Below are positions 11,909 to 22,208 of a stretch of 64,000 nt of DNA, in pieces (within the stretch, counting starts at the first letter, position 1; each line of letters opens with the position of its first letter). The translations under genes and the position numbers were made by a program. The stretch comes from Eledone cirrhosa (taxonomy: Eukaryota), in the NCBI GenBank assembly GCA_964016885.1, contig OZ024742.1, positions 179,056,001 through 179,120,000 of the forward strand, written 5' to 3'. Below the pieces are notes generated by a model, which did no database searches, had not been told where the DNA came from, and saw only the letters and a program-made list of their open reading frames with translations.

Positions 11909-14092
11909 ATGGCTAATTCCCCTCTGCACGAAGCAGCTGAAAGCCTTCCTCACAAAATAACACCTCACACCGACACCACCATTGTAAATGTTACTACGTT
12001 TGCCAACACAAAAAAAAATATAAGCAGTAGCAATATTTTAAATTTGTCTCAGGCAGACATTCATTTCCCGCCATTACCAATGACTGCAGGTGTTAAAGCC
12101 TCCACCACCACCACCACCGCGACAACCACCACCACCACCGCGACAACAGAAACAAAAGAAGAAAAAAATAAATTAACTCGTGACGTCGAAATGAAATCAA
12201 GCAAAATGGACTCTTCCCCACCAAAGACGACTGACGTCACCACCACCACCACAACTGAAAATAAAATTAATATTAACGATAGCAACAACAACAACAATGA
12301 CATTATAAAACCGACCCTCAGTTTCGCCATCGTAGCAAAACAATTCGAAGCGTTCACGGTAACTCAAGAAGATTTAGAAAATGCCAAACAAATGGTAAAG
12401 AAAGATGGGTACAGGGTCAGCCTCACCCCCCACCTAATAAAATGGAGCATCGGCGCCTGTGCACCGTGTCGTATAGAACAATAAATGTAAAATCGCGCCG
12501 AGTGGAACGGGCATCCGAGTCCCAAATCCAAAAAAGCTTTGGGACATGTGTGGGCAAGAAAAACCCACATCAGACGTGGGCAAAAGTATGGAACCGTGGA
12601 TGTGTTCTTTGAAACACCAGAGGAGGCTAGAGAACACTCCATGGCCCCATTAAAAAGTGACGACTTCACACTCGTCCCAAGCTATTGTGGCCAGAGACTC
12701 GTAAAGATCAGGGTGACCCACGTTCCACCGGCCATCGAAATTCCCTGGCTAATAGCGGCTGTCATCGCCGGCATCGAGGCCAACACGAAAATAATAACAA
12801 TAGCAAAAGAAAAGCAGGAAAACTGGTCCGGATCTGGGATGGAGCTCCTGATCCAAGCGGACCAAAAAAGCATTGAGGAGATCCCAGAGGTAATAGACCT
12901 CATTGACGGCAACCACCTCACGGTAATTGTCGAGGGCAGAAGACCTAGGTGTGTCGTTTGTGGTGAAGGAACCCACCTAAGGGCTTTCTGCCCTCAGACT
13001 AAAAGGTTGAGGCCACCTCTCCTACCCACCCCAGTGACACAACCATCAACACCACCAGTAGCAGAGATGCCAGCAACAACTGTAGCAGCAACAACAGAAG
13101 CAACTATAACAGCAACAACCCCAGCAACACTAGCAAAACCAACACCACTACCACCACCAGCAAAACCAACACCACCACCACCCAACGCTTCAGAACTAGC
13201 ACCAGCGCCTACACCATCCACCACACCACAACCAAAACTAACGGCTGTGGAGGATTTTCCACTCCCCGGCCTATCACAACTGGAGACAGATTGTGACGAC
13301 GAGGAGTGGGAAACGATATCCGGAAAAAAAAAGAAACCAAAAAAGAAAAAATTCTCTTCCTTCCCCCTCCAAAAACAAAATACAGAGGGAAACAAATAAA
13401 CTAAGAAACAAAAAAGTTAGGACAGATATGCCACCATCCACACCAGCATCACCAACCCCATCAACCCAAACACCAACACCATCACCATCATTAACTCCAA
13501 CACCACCATCACCTACACCACAAAAGTCACCAAAATTCGAAACAGAAACAAACCCACAACAAACGCAAACAAAACAAAACAACCAAAACGATACACACTA
13601 CACAGCATTAAATTTGAACAACAAGCGGTGGATTGGCAGTATCGGTAGAGGGTCGGACGCCATGCTTTGATGCATAGAGTTACGGCCCTTGCTATTCTGA
13701 GTTCAAATCCCGCCGAGGTTAACTTTGCCTTTCATCCTTACGGGGTCGATAAAATAAAGTACCAGTAATGTACTGGGTAATTTCTGGCCTTGTGCCAATA
13801 GTAGAAACAATTAAATTTGAACAACAAGCAATTATTACACTACATCCAACACAACACCAGCATCACAGAAAAAGACTACACAACAACCCCAAAATTCACA
13901 CCACCTCCACACATACAAATCACTCGCATCACACAGAAAACGTACATGACACTAAAACAAAAATTCCACAAAGACATCGGAGACTTCCGACAAGCACTCT
14001 CCAGGAGGATTTATAAGGACATCCTTCCCGAGGAGGCCACAAGCAGTGAAAAGGATGGAAAAGCCGTCCTTCCCCTACGAGAAGTAAGGTAA
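11909..14092 (+). pseudogene. Tx1-A ORF1 (gag-like nucleic-acid-binding protein), frameshifted and SINE-interrupted
   Basis: ORF pieces 11909-12484, 12539-13399, 13293-13620, 13817-14092; knuckle VEGRRPRCVVCGEGTHLRAFC (Cx2Cx4Hx4C); Pro/Thr-rich linker; basic KKKKPKKKK patch. Confidence 0.88.
13625..13813 (+). mobile_element. tRNA-derived SINE inserted in Tx1-A ORF1, with 20-bp target-site duplication
   Basis: A box (TGGCAGTATCGG) and B box (GAGTTCAAATCC); ATTAAATTTGAACAACAAGC repeated at 13607-13626 and 13810-13829; single copy of this sequence in the paralog near 58672-58692. Confidence 0.92.
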
Positions 14093-14126
14093 GTGGTCTT
14101 TCCCATCTTTTCCACTCCTTTTCAAC

Positions 14127-17100
14127 ATGACCTCACTCAGAATAGGCAGCATAAATGCGCGTGGCTTGGGGTCGTCATGGAAGCAGGGCCACCTGCTCAA
14201 CGACCTCAGGTCACTAAACATAGATGTAGTGGCCATCAGCGAGACCAGAATCTCCGAAGCACAGGCTTTCGCACCGATCTTCGGCGGCTACGATGTGTAC
14301 GCATCTCCCAGCCGTCCGGGATCGGGGGGAGGAGTTGCTGTGCTTTTTCGGAGAGGTTTGGATCTTGCCATACGGGCCATCTTCCTGGACCCAGAAGGTA
14401 AGTTGGTGGTGCTGGACGTGACCAGCGGAGACGGGCAAGCTTTCAGGTTAGTGGCCGTCTATGCCCCGACAGGAGCAGGGCGGCCTGATTTCTTCCGGCG
14501 TCTGGAGACCTTTCTTGGAACGTCCCGCTCTTTAGTGTTAGTGGGCGACTGGAACGGGATCTTAGATGCACGCTGGGATTGTGTGGGATTAGTGGATAGG
14601 GAAGGAGGGTGCAAGAGTCTCACCAACCTGCTCAGACGTTTTGAACTGTCTGACAGGTACCGAATGGATTTCCCGAATGTACCAATGTGGACTTGGACAA
14701 ATCGCATAGGGTCATCCAGATCATATCTAGATAGAGTATTTTGTAGGGAAATAGATAGGTCTAGCATAGGCTGTCCACAATTCAAGATAGTCAGCTACAC
14801 GGACCACAAATTCGTGATCTGTGTGCTTGACTTAGATAGGCTTCATAGACGACGACCCGGCTACTGGAAGCTAAACGCGTCCTTACCAGCGCGCAAGGCC
14901 TACAGAGACCGGATTAGCGAACTAGTTAAGCGGGCGTTGACGGGGGCCATCGTCAACAACAAGTGGTGGTTTGCTCTGAAAAGAGCAATTAGAATAGAGT
15001 CCATTAGGTTTAGTAAGACTTTAGCAATAGAGAAAAATAGAGCAGAGGGAGAATTAGTTAGAAAATTAGATGAGGCGCTTAGCAAAGGCATCGCGACCGA
15101 CGTACTTGCGGCGAAATTGGCCCTTGACCAATTCTTCAATGCAAAGCACGAAGGCTGCGTTGTCAGAGCTAGGGTGCGGGCTCTCAGACACGAGGGGACG
15201 AAAGCCGTTCAATGGGCCCGAGTGGCGGAGGCGCGTCGTGGAAACAAAGCCACGATCCGGTCTTTGGTGGACCACGACGGGCGCATGCTACTCGATCCCG
15301 GGCAAATGTGTGAAGCTTTTCAGCGACACTTCGCTCAACTGTTCGGGGGCAGTGGCGGGCCGGATCGAGGGATGGACTTTAGTGTCTACCTCGACGGACT
15401 GCCGCGGCTTTCGGCCACTGAGGCGGAGTGTTGCGAAAAGCCGATAACAACCGCTGAAGTACGGGATGCAATGACTAGTTGCACAAGGGGTAAATCGCCT
15501 GGTTTGGATGGTCTGCCCTATGAACTTTACGTACAAATGCCAAACTTGTTCGGAGGCCTCTTGGCGGACGTCTACTGCAACTGGCAACAGAACGGGAGAA
15601 TTCCCAGCTCTGTGAGCCGAGGAGCGGTGGCGCTGCTGAGAAAGGATCCGAACAAGGGGGATAACATAGATAATTTTAGGCCCATAACTCTGCTAAACAC
15701 AGAGTTCAAGATTTTGGCCAAGGTGCTAGCAAAGAGGTTGGCGCTTGTCGTTGGTGGTCTGGTGGAAGAGGCACAGACATGCGCCATTCCCGACAGATCC
15801 ATCCACGACAACCTCCACCTCATGCGATACATCGTAGCGAGGGTAGCTAGGGAACCTGGCACGGGTGGGTCTTTGATCAATTTAGATCAGTCGAAAGCCT
15901 TCGATAGGGTCGACCATCGTTACCTAACGGTAGTCCTGAGGGCGGCTGGCTTTGGGCCCGTCTTCAGAGGCTGGATCGCTGCCATGCACAGCGACATCTG
16001 CTCTGTAGTGAGAGTGAACGGTCACCTTTCGGAACCGTTCAACATCATGCGCTCGGTCCGCCAAGGATGTCCCCTCTCGTCCCTATTGTACGTATTGACT
16101 CTCGAGCCATTACTGCACAAACTGGAGACGTTGAGGGGGGTCCCGCGCGAACTAGGATGCGGAAGATCCGTGTCAGCATATGCCGACGATGTCACCGTAG
16201 TGGTGTCGAACGCCAAACACATCGAGGCGATCGGCACTACACTAAGAGTATACGAAGCGGTGACAGGAGCAATGATCAACCAGGAAAAGTCAGTGGGCCT
16301 GCAGCTCGGCACCTGGAGAGGCAGGTCCATGCCGTCCAACAGCGTCGTCGGGCGCTGGACGGACAGACCGGTTAAATTGCTAGGGGTCTGGTTCGGTCCA
16401 GACCTCCAGACGGACAAAAACTGGGACGAGGTGACGAGCAGGGTGGCTTCTCCCACCCAGAAATGGGCCGAGAGGAAGCTATCCCTGAAAGGTCGAGCGG
16501 AGGTGGCGAATGCGTACATCGCATCCGTCATCTACTACCGCCTGACCGTCGTACCTTGTTCTAAGCCCCGCCTGACTGCGCTGGAGCGTTTGCTCTTTCG
16601 CTTCTTGTGGAAGGGACGCGCTCCGATGGTCAGGCGGTCCATCTGCTGTCAACACCCGCTACGTGGAGGGCTGGGCATGCCGTGGCTGATGATGCGCAGA
16701 CACGCGCTCAGGCTACGACATCTCCACCTCTTCCTCGACGGTGATCAGGTGTGGTCGCCGTTTGCAAGACACGTTTTTCCCAGCTCGTCTCCTTGACGGA
16801 GCTGCAGTCCTGGGTCAAGCGAAGACCGAGAGGGAGCGCTTGGAGACTGGAATGTCTTCAGGCGCTCACAGCCCTCGACCAATCGGGCAATGTGATCGGT
16901 GGAAACTCCACCTTGGCGTTCTATAGGTGATTAGTGGAGGGGAAGAGCGACGACGTACTTGGAGAGACTCTAGACGTCGACGAAAATCAACTAGCCAATC
17001 TCTTCGGAAGGACTTTCGGGCCGGGGCCTATGGACAACTTCCAGAAATCCCTGGCCTGGCAGTGCTACCGAGGAGCTTTGCCAGTTCGGGATAAACTCTA

Positions 17101-17545
17101 CAGGCATGGAGGTGCCGTCAGCCGGGCATGTCCGAGATGCGCGCAGGGCGACGAAACCGTCCTGCACGCACTCGTCCAGTGTCCGAGCATTGCTGACTTG
17201 TGGGTTTATGTCGAACACCTGCTGTCACGTGTAGGACTGATCCAGCTATCAGCTGAGTCCATCGTGAGGATTGCCCCGCCCCCTTCCTTTAGCCTGGAAG
17301 GGCAGGCAGTTTTTATCTGTCTGGTGGCCATGGCGAAAGAGATAGTATGGTGGACACGTTTGAAAGGGCTGAAGACGAGCACTTACCTCTTCGGTGATGC
17401 CCTGATTAACTTTTTCAAATTTCATTTGAAAAGGAAAATCAGGGTAGAGAGGGAAGTGCTCTCTTCCCAGCATTTTGTTGAAAGATGGGTGAGAGAAGCA
17501 AGTATGGCCCGAATGAATGGGCCTTCTCTGAGTATGTGTCTGTAA
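14127..17545 (+). pseudogene. Tx1-A ORF2: apurinic-type endonuclease, reverse transcriptase and C-terminal CCHC; frameshift near 16780 and stop near 16928
   Basis: EN motifs SINARGL, SET, VYAP, GDWN, SYLDR, TDHK; RT motifs KSPGLDG, FRPITLLN, LDQSKAFDRVDH, VRQGCPLS, YADD; CPRCAQGDETVLHALVQC. Confidence 0.95.
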
Positions 17546-17806
17546 ATTAAAGGTGGAAAACTGGGAGAGGGCACTTGCCCTGGTGGTCAGGGCCACTGTG
17601 GTCTTTTAATGGGCTTTCTCCACAAATGTCCCTTGGAAGTCTCCCCCCTATTGGGGAATTTTTCTTTGTTATTTTATTTCAACCTCTGTTTTTTTTACAC
17701 GCAGAAATGCCCATTTGTACCGTCCTGTATTGTCCTGTACTGTCCTTAATGTCTACTTTATGTGAACCCTTGTGGTTAATAAAGAAAACGTTATTATTAT
17801 TATTGC

Positions 17807-17837
<31 letters not shown>

Positions 17838-17925
17838 GTTATTAATGTATGTGTGTATATATGTGTGAGTGTGTGTGTATGTATGTGTGTGTGTATGTAT
17901 GTATGTATATGTATGTGTGTATATG

Positions 17926-17964
<39 letters not shown>

Positions 17965-17990
17965 TTTCCCTTTTTTTTTTTTTTTTTTAA

Positions 17991-18034
<44 letters not shown>

Positions 18035-18434
18035 TTTTTTTTTTTTTTTTTTTTTTTTCTTGTGCAATGGCCATACTAGATAACGAGGGGGCAGCCTTCA
18101 TGTATGTATGTATGTATATATGTGTGTATGTGTGAATTTATGTATGTATGTGTGTATGTATGTGTGTATGTGTGTGAGTGTATGTATGTATGTATGTATG
18201 TATGTGTGTATGTATGTGTGTATGTGTGTGTGTATGTATGTATGTATGCGTCAATACGTCGAGCTTTCGCACGGTTTTCATCTAATCAATTCCCCTCGTA
18301 AGTCATTAGTTAACTGTCTGCATGTTTGTTTGTGCGTTTGTATACGTCTATGTGTGTGTGTGTGTGTGTGTGTGCATGTCTATGTGTGTATGTGTGTGTG
18401 TGTGTGTGTATATATATATGTGTGTATGTGTGTG

Positions 18435-18465
<31 letters not shown>

Positions 18466-18863
18466 ACAGATACGTATATTTCCATATGTATAAAATGATG
18501 TGTAACATGGCTGATGAATCTTTTGTTCAATATATACATTTTTATCTCCTCCTCCATCAACTTCGACTCTTTACTCTTCCTGTTCCTCCTCCCTTTTCCT
18601 TCGCTTCTCTATATTTAAGACTTGACTTGTCTTTTCTTGTTAGTATTCCCACCGTTTCTATCTGATGTGTACGCCATGATATGACTCCTCCCATTTCTGT
18701 TTTACATATCATCCAATAAATAGTGACAGAAACAGATAGGCGTGTTGACAATTAACTCCGCCTTTTCAAATCATACACGGATTATATCCCTTTCTCACAC
18801 GCACACACATACTTACACAAACACATACATACATATTCATACATATTATATTATATTAAAATA

Positions 18864-19240
18864 GGGCGGGGATTGGCAGTATCGGTAGAGGGTCGGACGC
18901 CATGCTTTCCAGCATAGTTACGTCCCTTTACAGTCTGAGTTCAAATCCCGCCGACGTTGATTTTGCCTTTCATCCTTACGGGGTCGATAAAATAAAGTAC
19001 CAGTAATACACTGGTTATTGCTGGCCTTGTGCCAAAAGTAGAAACAATTATATTATATTCATATATCGGTGAGAGAGTCGGACGCCATGCTTTGTAGCAT
19101 AGAGTTACGCCCCTTTATGATCTGAGTTCAAATCCCACCGAGGTTAACTGTGCCTTTCATCCTTACGGGGTCAATAAAATAAAGTACCAGTAATGCACTG
19201 GGTTATTGCTGGCCTTGTGCCTAAAGTAGAAACAATTATA
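18864..19240 (+). mobile_element. Two tandem tRNA-derived SINE copies
   Basis: Copies at ~18864-19050 and ~19066-19238, both ending AGTAGAAACAATTATATTATATTCATAT. Confidence 0.88.
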
Positions 19241-19569
19241 TTATATTCATATGTATATATTAACGTTACACACAAAGAAACTATACACCCAATACATACA
19301 CACACACGCGCATATATATTTATATACGTACATATATATATATATATATCATATATATATATATAGATATATATTTATATATGTATATATATATATTTAT
19401 ATACATATATATATATATTTATATATATATAAATATATAAATATGTAAATATATATGTATATATGATTTTTATAAATATGTGTATATATATTATATATAT
19501 ATTTACACACACACATACAGAGGCACACACACACGTACACACACACACGCACACACGCACACACGCACA

Positions 19570-19623
<54 letters not shown>

Positions 19624-19752
19624 CGCACACAGGCACACACACTGTGCAGCTGAATCCGACCATGAGCAGCAGTAACAGATAAATAGGTATTACTATATCC
19701 GATATCTCAGAATATCATCCTCCCTCTCTTTCACTCCCTTCCCTCTTCTGTC

Positions 19753-19820
<68 letters not shown>

Positions 19821-19851
19821 TTATCTATCTATTTATCTATCTATCTATCTA

Positions 19852-20041
19852 CCGGAGATGAGGGCTGCACTTTTTTTTTCGGGGGTATGTGTTACCCATA
19901 TAAACTGTCTCCCTCTATTGGGGAAAATCGACTAACTTTTTAAATTCCATTTGTGATAACATTTTACACGTTTTTATTGTATGTAAACTTCCCCCTTTGT
20001 ATTTGTCCCCTTCTTTTGTGCCCCTGTGGCTAATAAAGAAA
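19852..20041 (+). mobile_element. 3'UTR-only fragment of (TCTA)n-associated Tx1 family C
   Basis: Nearly identical to 31076-31265; ends GTGGCTAATAAAGAAA followed by TATCTATCT; preceded by (TCTA)n. Confidence 0.85.
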
Positions 20042-20275
20042 TATATCTATCTATTTATCAGACGTGTGTAACTTCGCGGAGAAGTTTCCGTTAATTTATG
20101 TAAGAAAAAAACGTGAGTTTTTAGTTAAATTTTATATCATTGTGTAACTTGACCACCCGTCTGGACCTTCAGGTGGTGGGTCAACTCATTTTCGCCCCTA
20201 CAGGGGCGGAATATCCATTTAAAAATTTTTCTCCATCGAATCTTGGAAAAAATATTGTAAAATTTTGATTACGTT

Positions 20276-22175
20276 ATGAACGCTGCGTCCAACGATAATG
20301 GTGGTGGAGAGGCGGTAAGACTACAAAGCTCGCAGTCAACAACGTCTTCTTCACTAGATACTATAGAGATGGAAAGACAAAATGAAAATGTAAAAACGAA
20401 TTCATATCCAAACAACACAAATGACACCAAACAGTTCAATGACAACAAAAATAACAGCAAAACCAATAATGATGATAAAAGCAACAATGATAACAACAAC
20501 AAAGAAAAAAATAAAGACAACACCAATAACACCAGCATCAAAGACAACAACAACACCAAGGAAAAGACGAATACTATCAACATCGGTGACAACAAGAATA
20601 ACAACAATAATGACAACACCACCAATACGGATTCCACAAAGAAACCAAAAATCTTCTTTGCAGAGAAAGTTCAAAAGAAGGAAGAATTGATATATCTCGA
20701 CATAACAAATGCTGAACAACTTTTAAAGGACGCTAAGAGATATGTCACTTTCGAAAAAAATGGTGCTTTCAGCATCAATTCTCCGGTAGAAATTCGCAAG
20801 GAAACTGCTCTCAAAACGATAGTTTTTAGGATAGTTTCCAATTCTACCAGAAAACCAGTCCAATTGTCACAGAAAGAAATTGAACTGGTTTTCAAAAATT
20901 CAATGAATGATATTGCATTCATTCAAAGAAGCAAACTTTTTGGGAGTATTTCGGTACTCATGAAGGATCAATTGACGGCTCAAAATTATTCTGTGTCGCC
21001 AATTGTATCCAACCTGTACACCTTTTTCTCTACATACATGGGAAAAAGGACACAAAAGATCAGAATCACGAGTGTCACACCAAAGGTGAACATATGGTGG
21101 ATACTGTGCGGTTTCATCAATTTTGATGAAGACAGAATACTGTCAGTAGGAAAGTCCCCCAGAGATGTATTCAATGGGACTAGCATTGAAGTTCTGGTGC
21201 AAATGAGCCCAGAGCGAATAGCTATGATCCCACAGCGTGTACTCCTGGACGGACTCACCTACATAAACTTTTCGGTTGAGGGTAGGCGGCCTTCATGTTA
21301 CCATTGCTTTAGCAGGGGTCACCTGAGGGCTTCCTGTCCTAAATTAATGAACCAAAAAAGGCTCTTCTGCCGACACCCATCAAAACAACACAACCACCAA
21401 CACCACCACAACAACAACAACACCAACACACAAAAATAACCACAACAAACACAGTCCCACCCAACCCCACTCCACCTAAAACCACTGCAAAATCACATAC
21501 AGACACAACAGCTCCCCAAGACATATCCCTCCCCAATCACACAGACGATACAACAGATGAGGCTATCTCGCCATCTCCCAGTGAAGACGAGGGAGAACCC
21601 CATCGCTCGAAAAGAAAGAAAAGACATCACAAAAGCAAAAAACCAGCAAACACTACCACAAACATACAACCACCAACACAAACAACAAAAAACATCACAA
21701 ACCAAACTCCCACCTCCTGAAAACAAAATACCTACAACAAAACGAAAGCACACACAAGAACTACAGACAAAAACAAACACAAGAAAATTACACTTACACT
21801 TACATAAACACTGAAAACAAAACACTAATGGAGACCATCACGAACGACCCTTCGGTGAAAACCGAAGGGAAATCTTTCGCCCACTCTATTAAAAATAGCA
21901 AAAAACTGAACCTAAAACTGATTAGGGTCCCTATACAAACTTATAGGTCCCTAAAAGAAACATTTGAGAAGGATGTGGGGAATTCCTGCGTGAAACCACT
22001 CAACCGCGTCCTTCTCAAATGCCTCCCCACCCCAGACACCCCCATCCCACCAGACCCCACCCCACCAAACATCTGCGTCCCCACCCCGCCGGAAACCACC
22101 ACCCATCCAGACAACCCCTCCAACACTCCCATGGAAATCGTGCGGCCTGGTTCCCAGGAGGCGAAGGGTGAGTGA
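20276..22175 (+). pseudogene. Tx1-C1 ORF1 (frameshifted)
   Basis: Asn-rich N-terminus; VEGRRPSCYHCFSRGHLRASC knuckle; C-terminal block TYRSLKETFEKDVG..KPLNRVLLK shared with the other ORF1s. Confidence 0.87.
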
Positions 22176-22208
22176 TCTCTTTTCCTCTTTTAACTTTTCA
22201 GCACCAAC

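Larger units (their letters stand above)
11700..17789 (+). mobile_element. Full-length Tx1/L1-clade non-LTR retrotransposon, family A, copy A1 (disrupted)
   Basis: 5'UTR, ORF1 with CCHC knuckle, ORF2 APE-RT-CCHC and a 3'UTR ending TAATAAAGAAA; (ATT)n on both sides; collinear with the minus-strand copy at 54716-60560. Confidence 0.93.

Noticed and set aside
14214-16531. Antisense ORFs recurring in each Tx1 ORF2
   Set aside because: Shadows of conserved GC-rich sense coding sequence; no independent motifs
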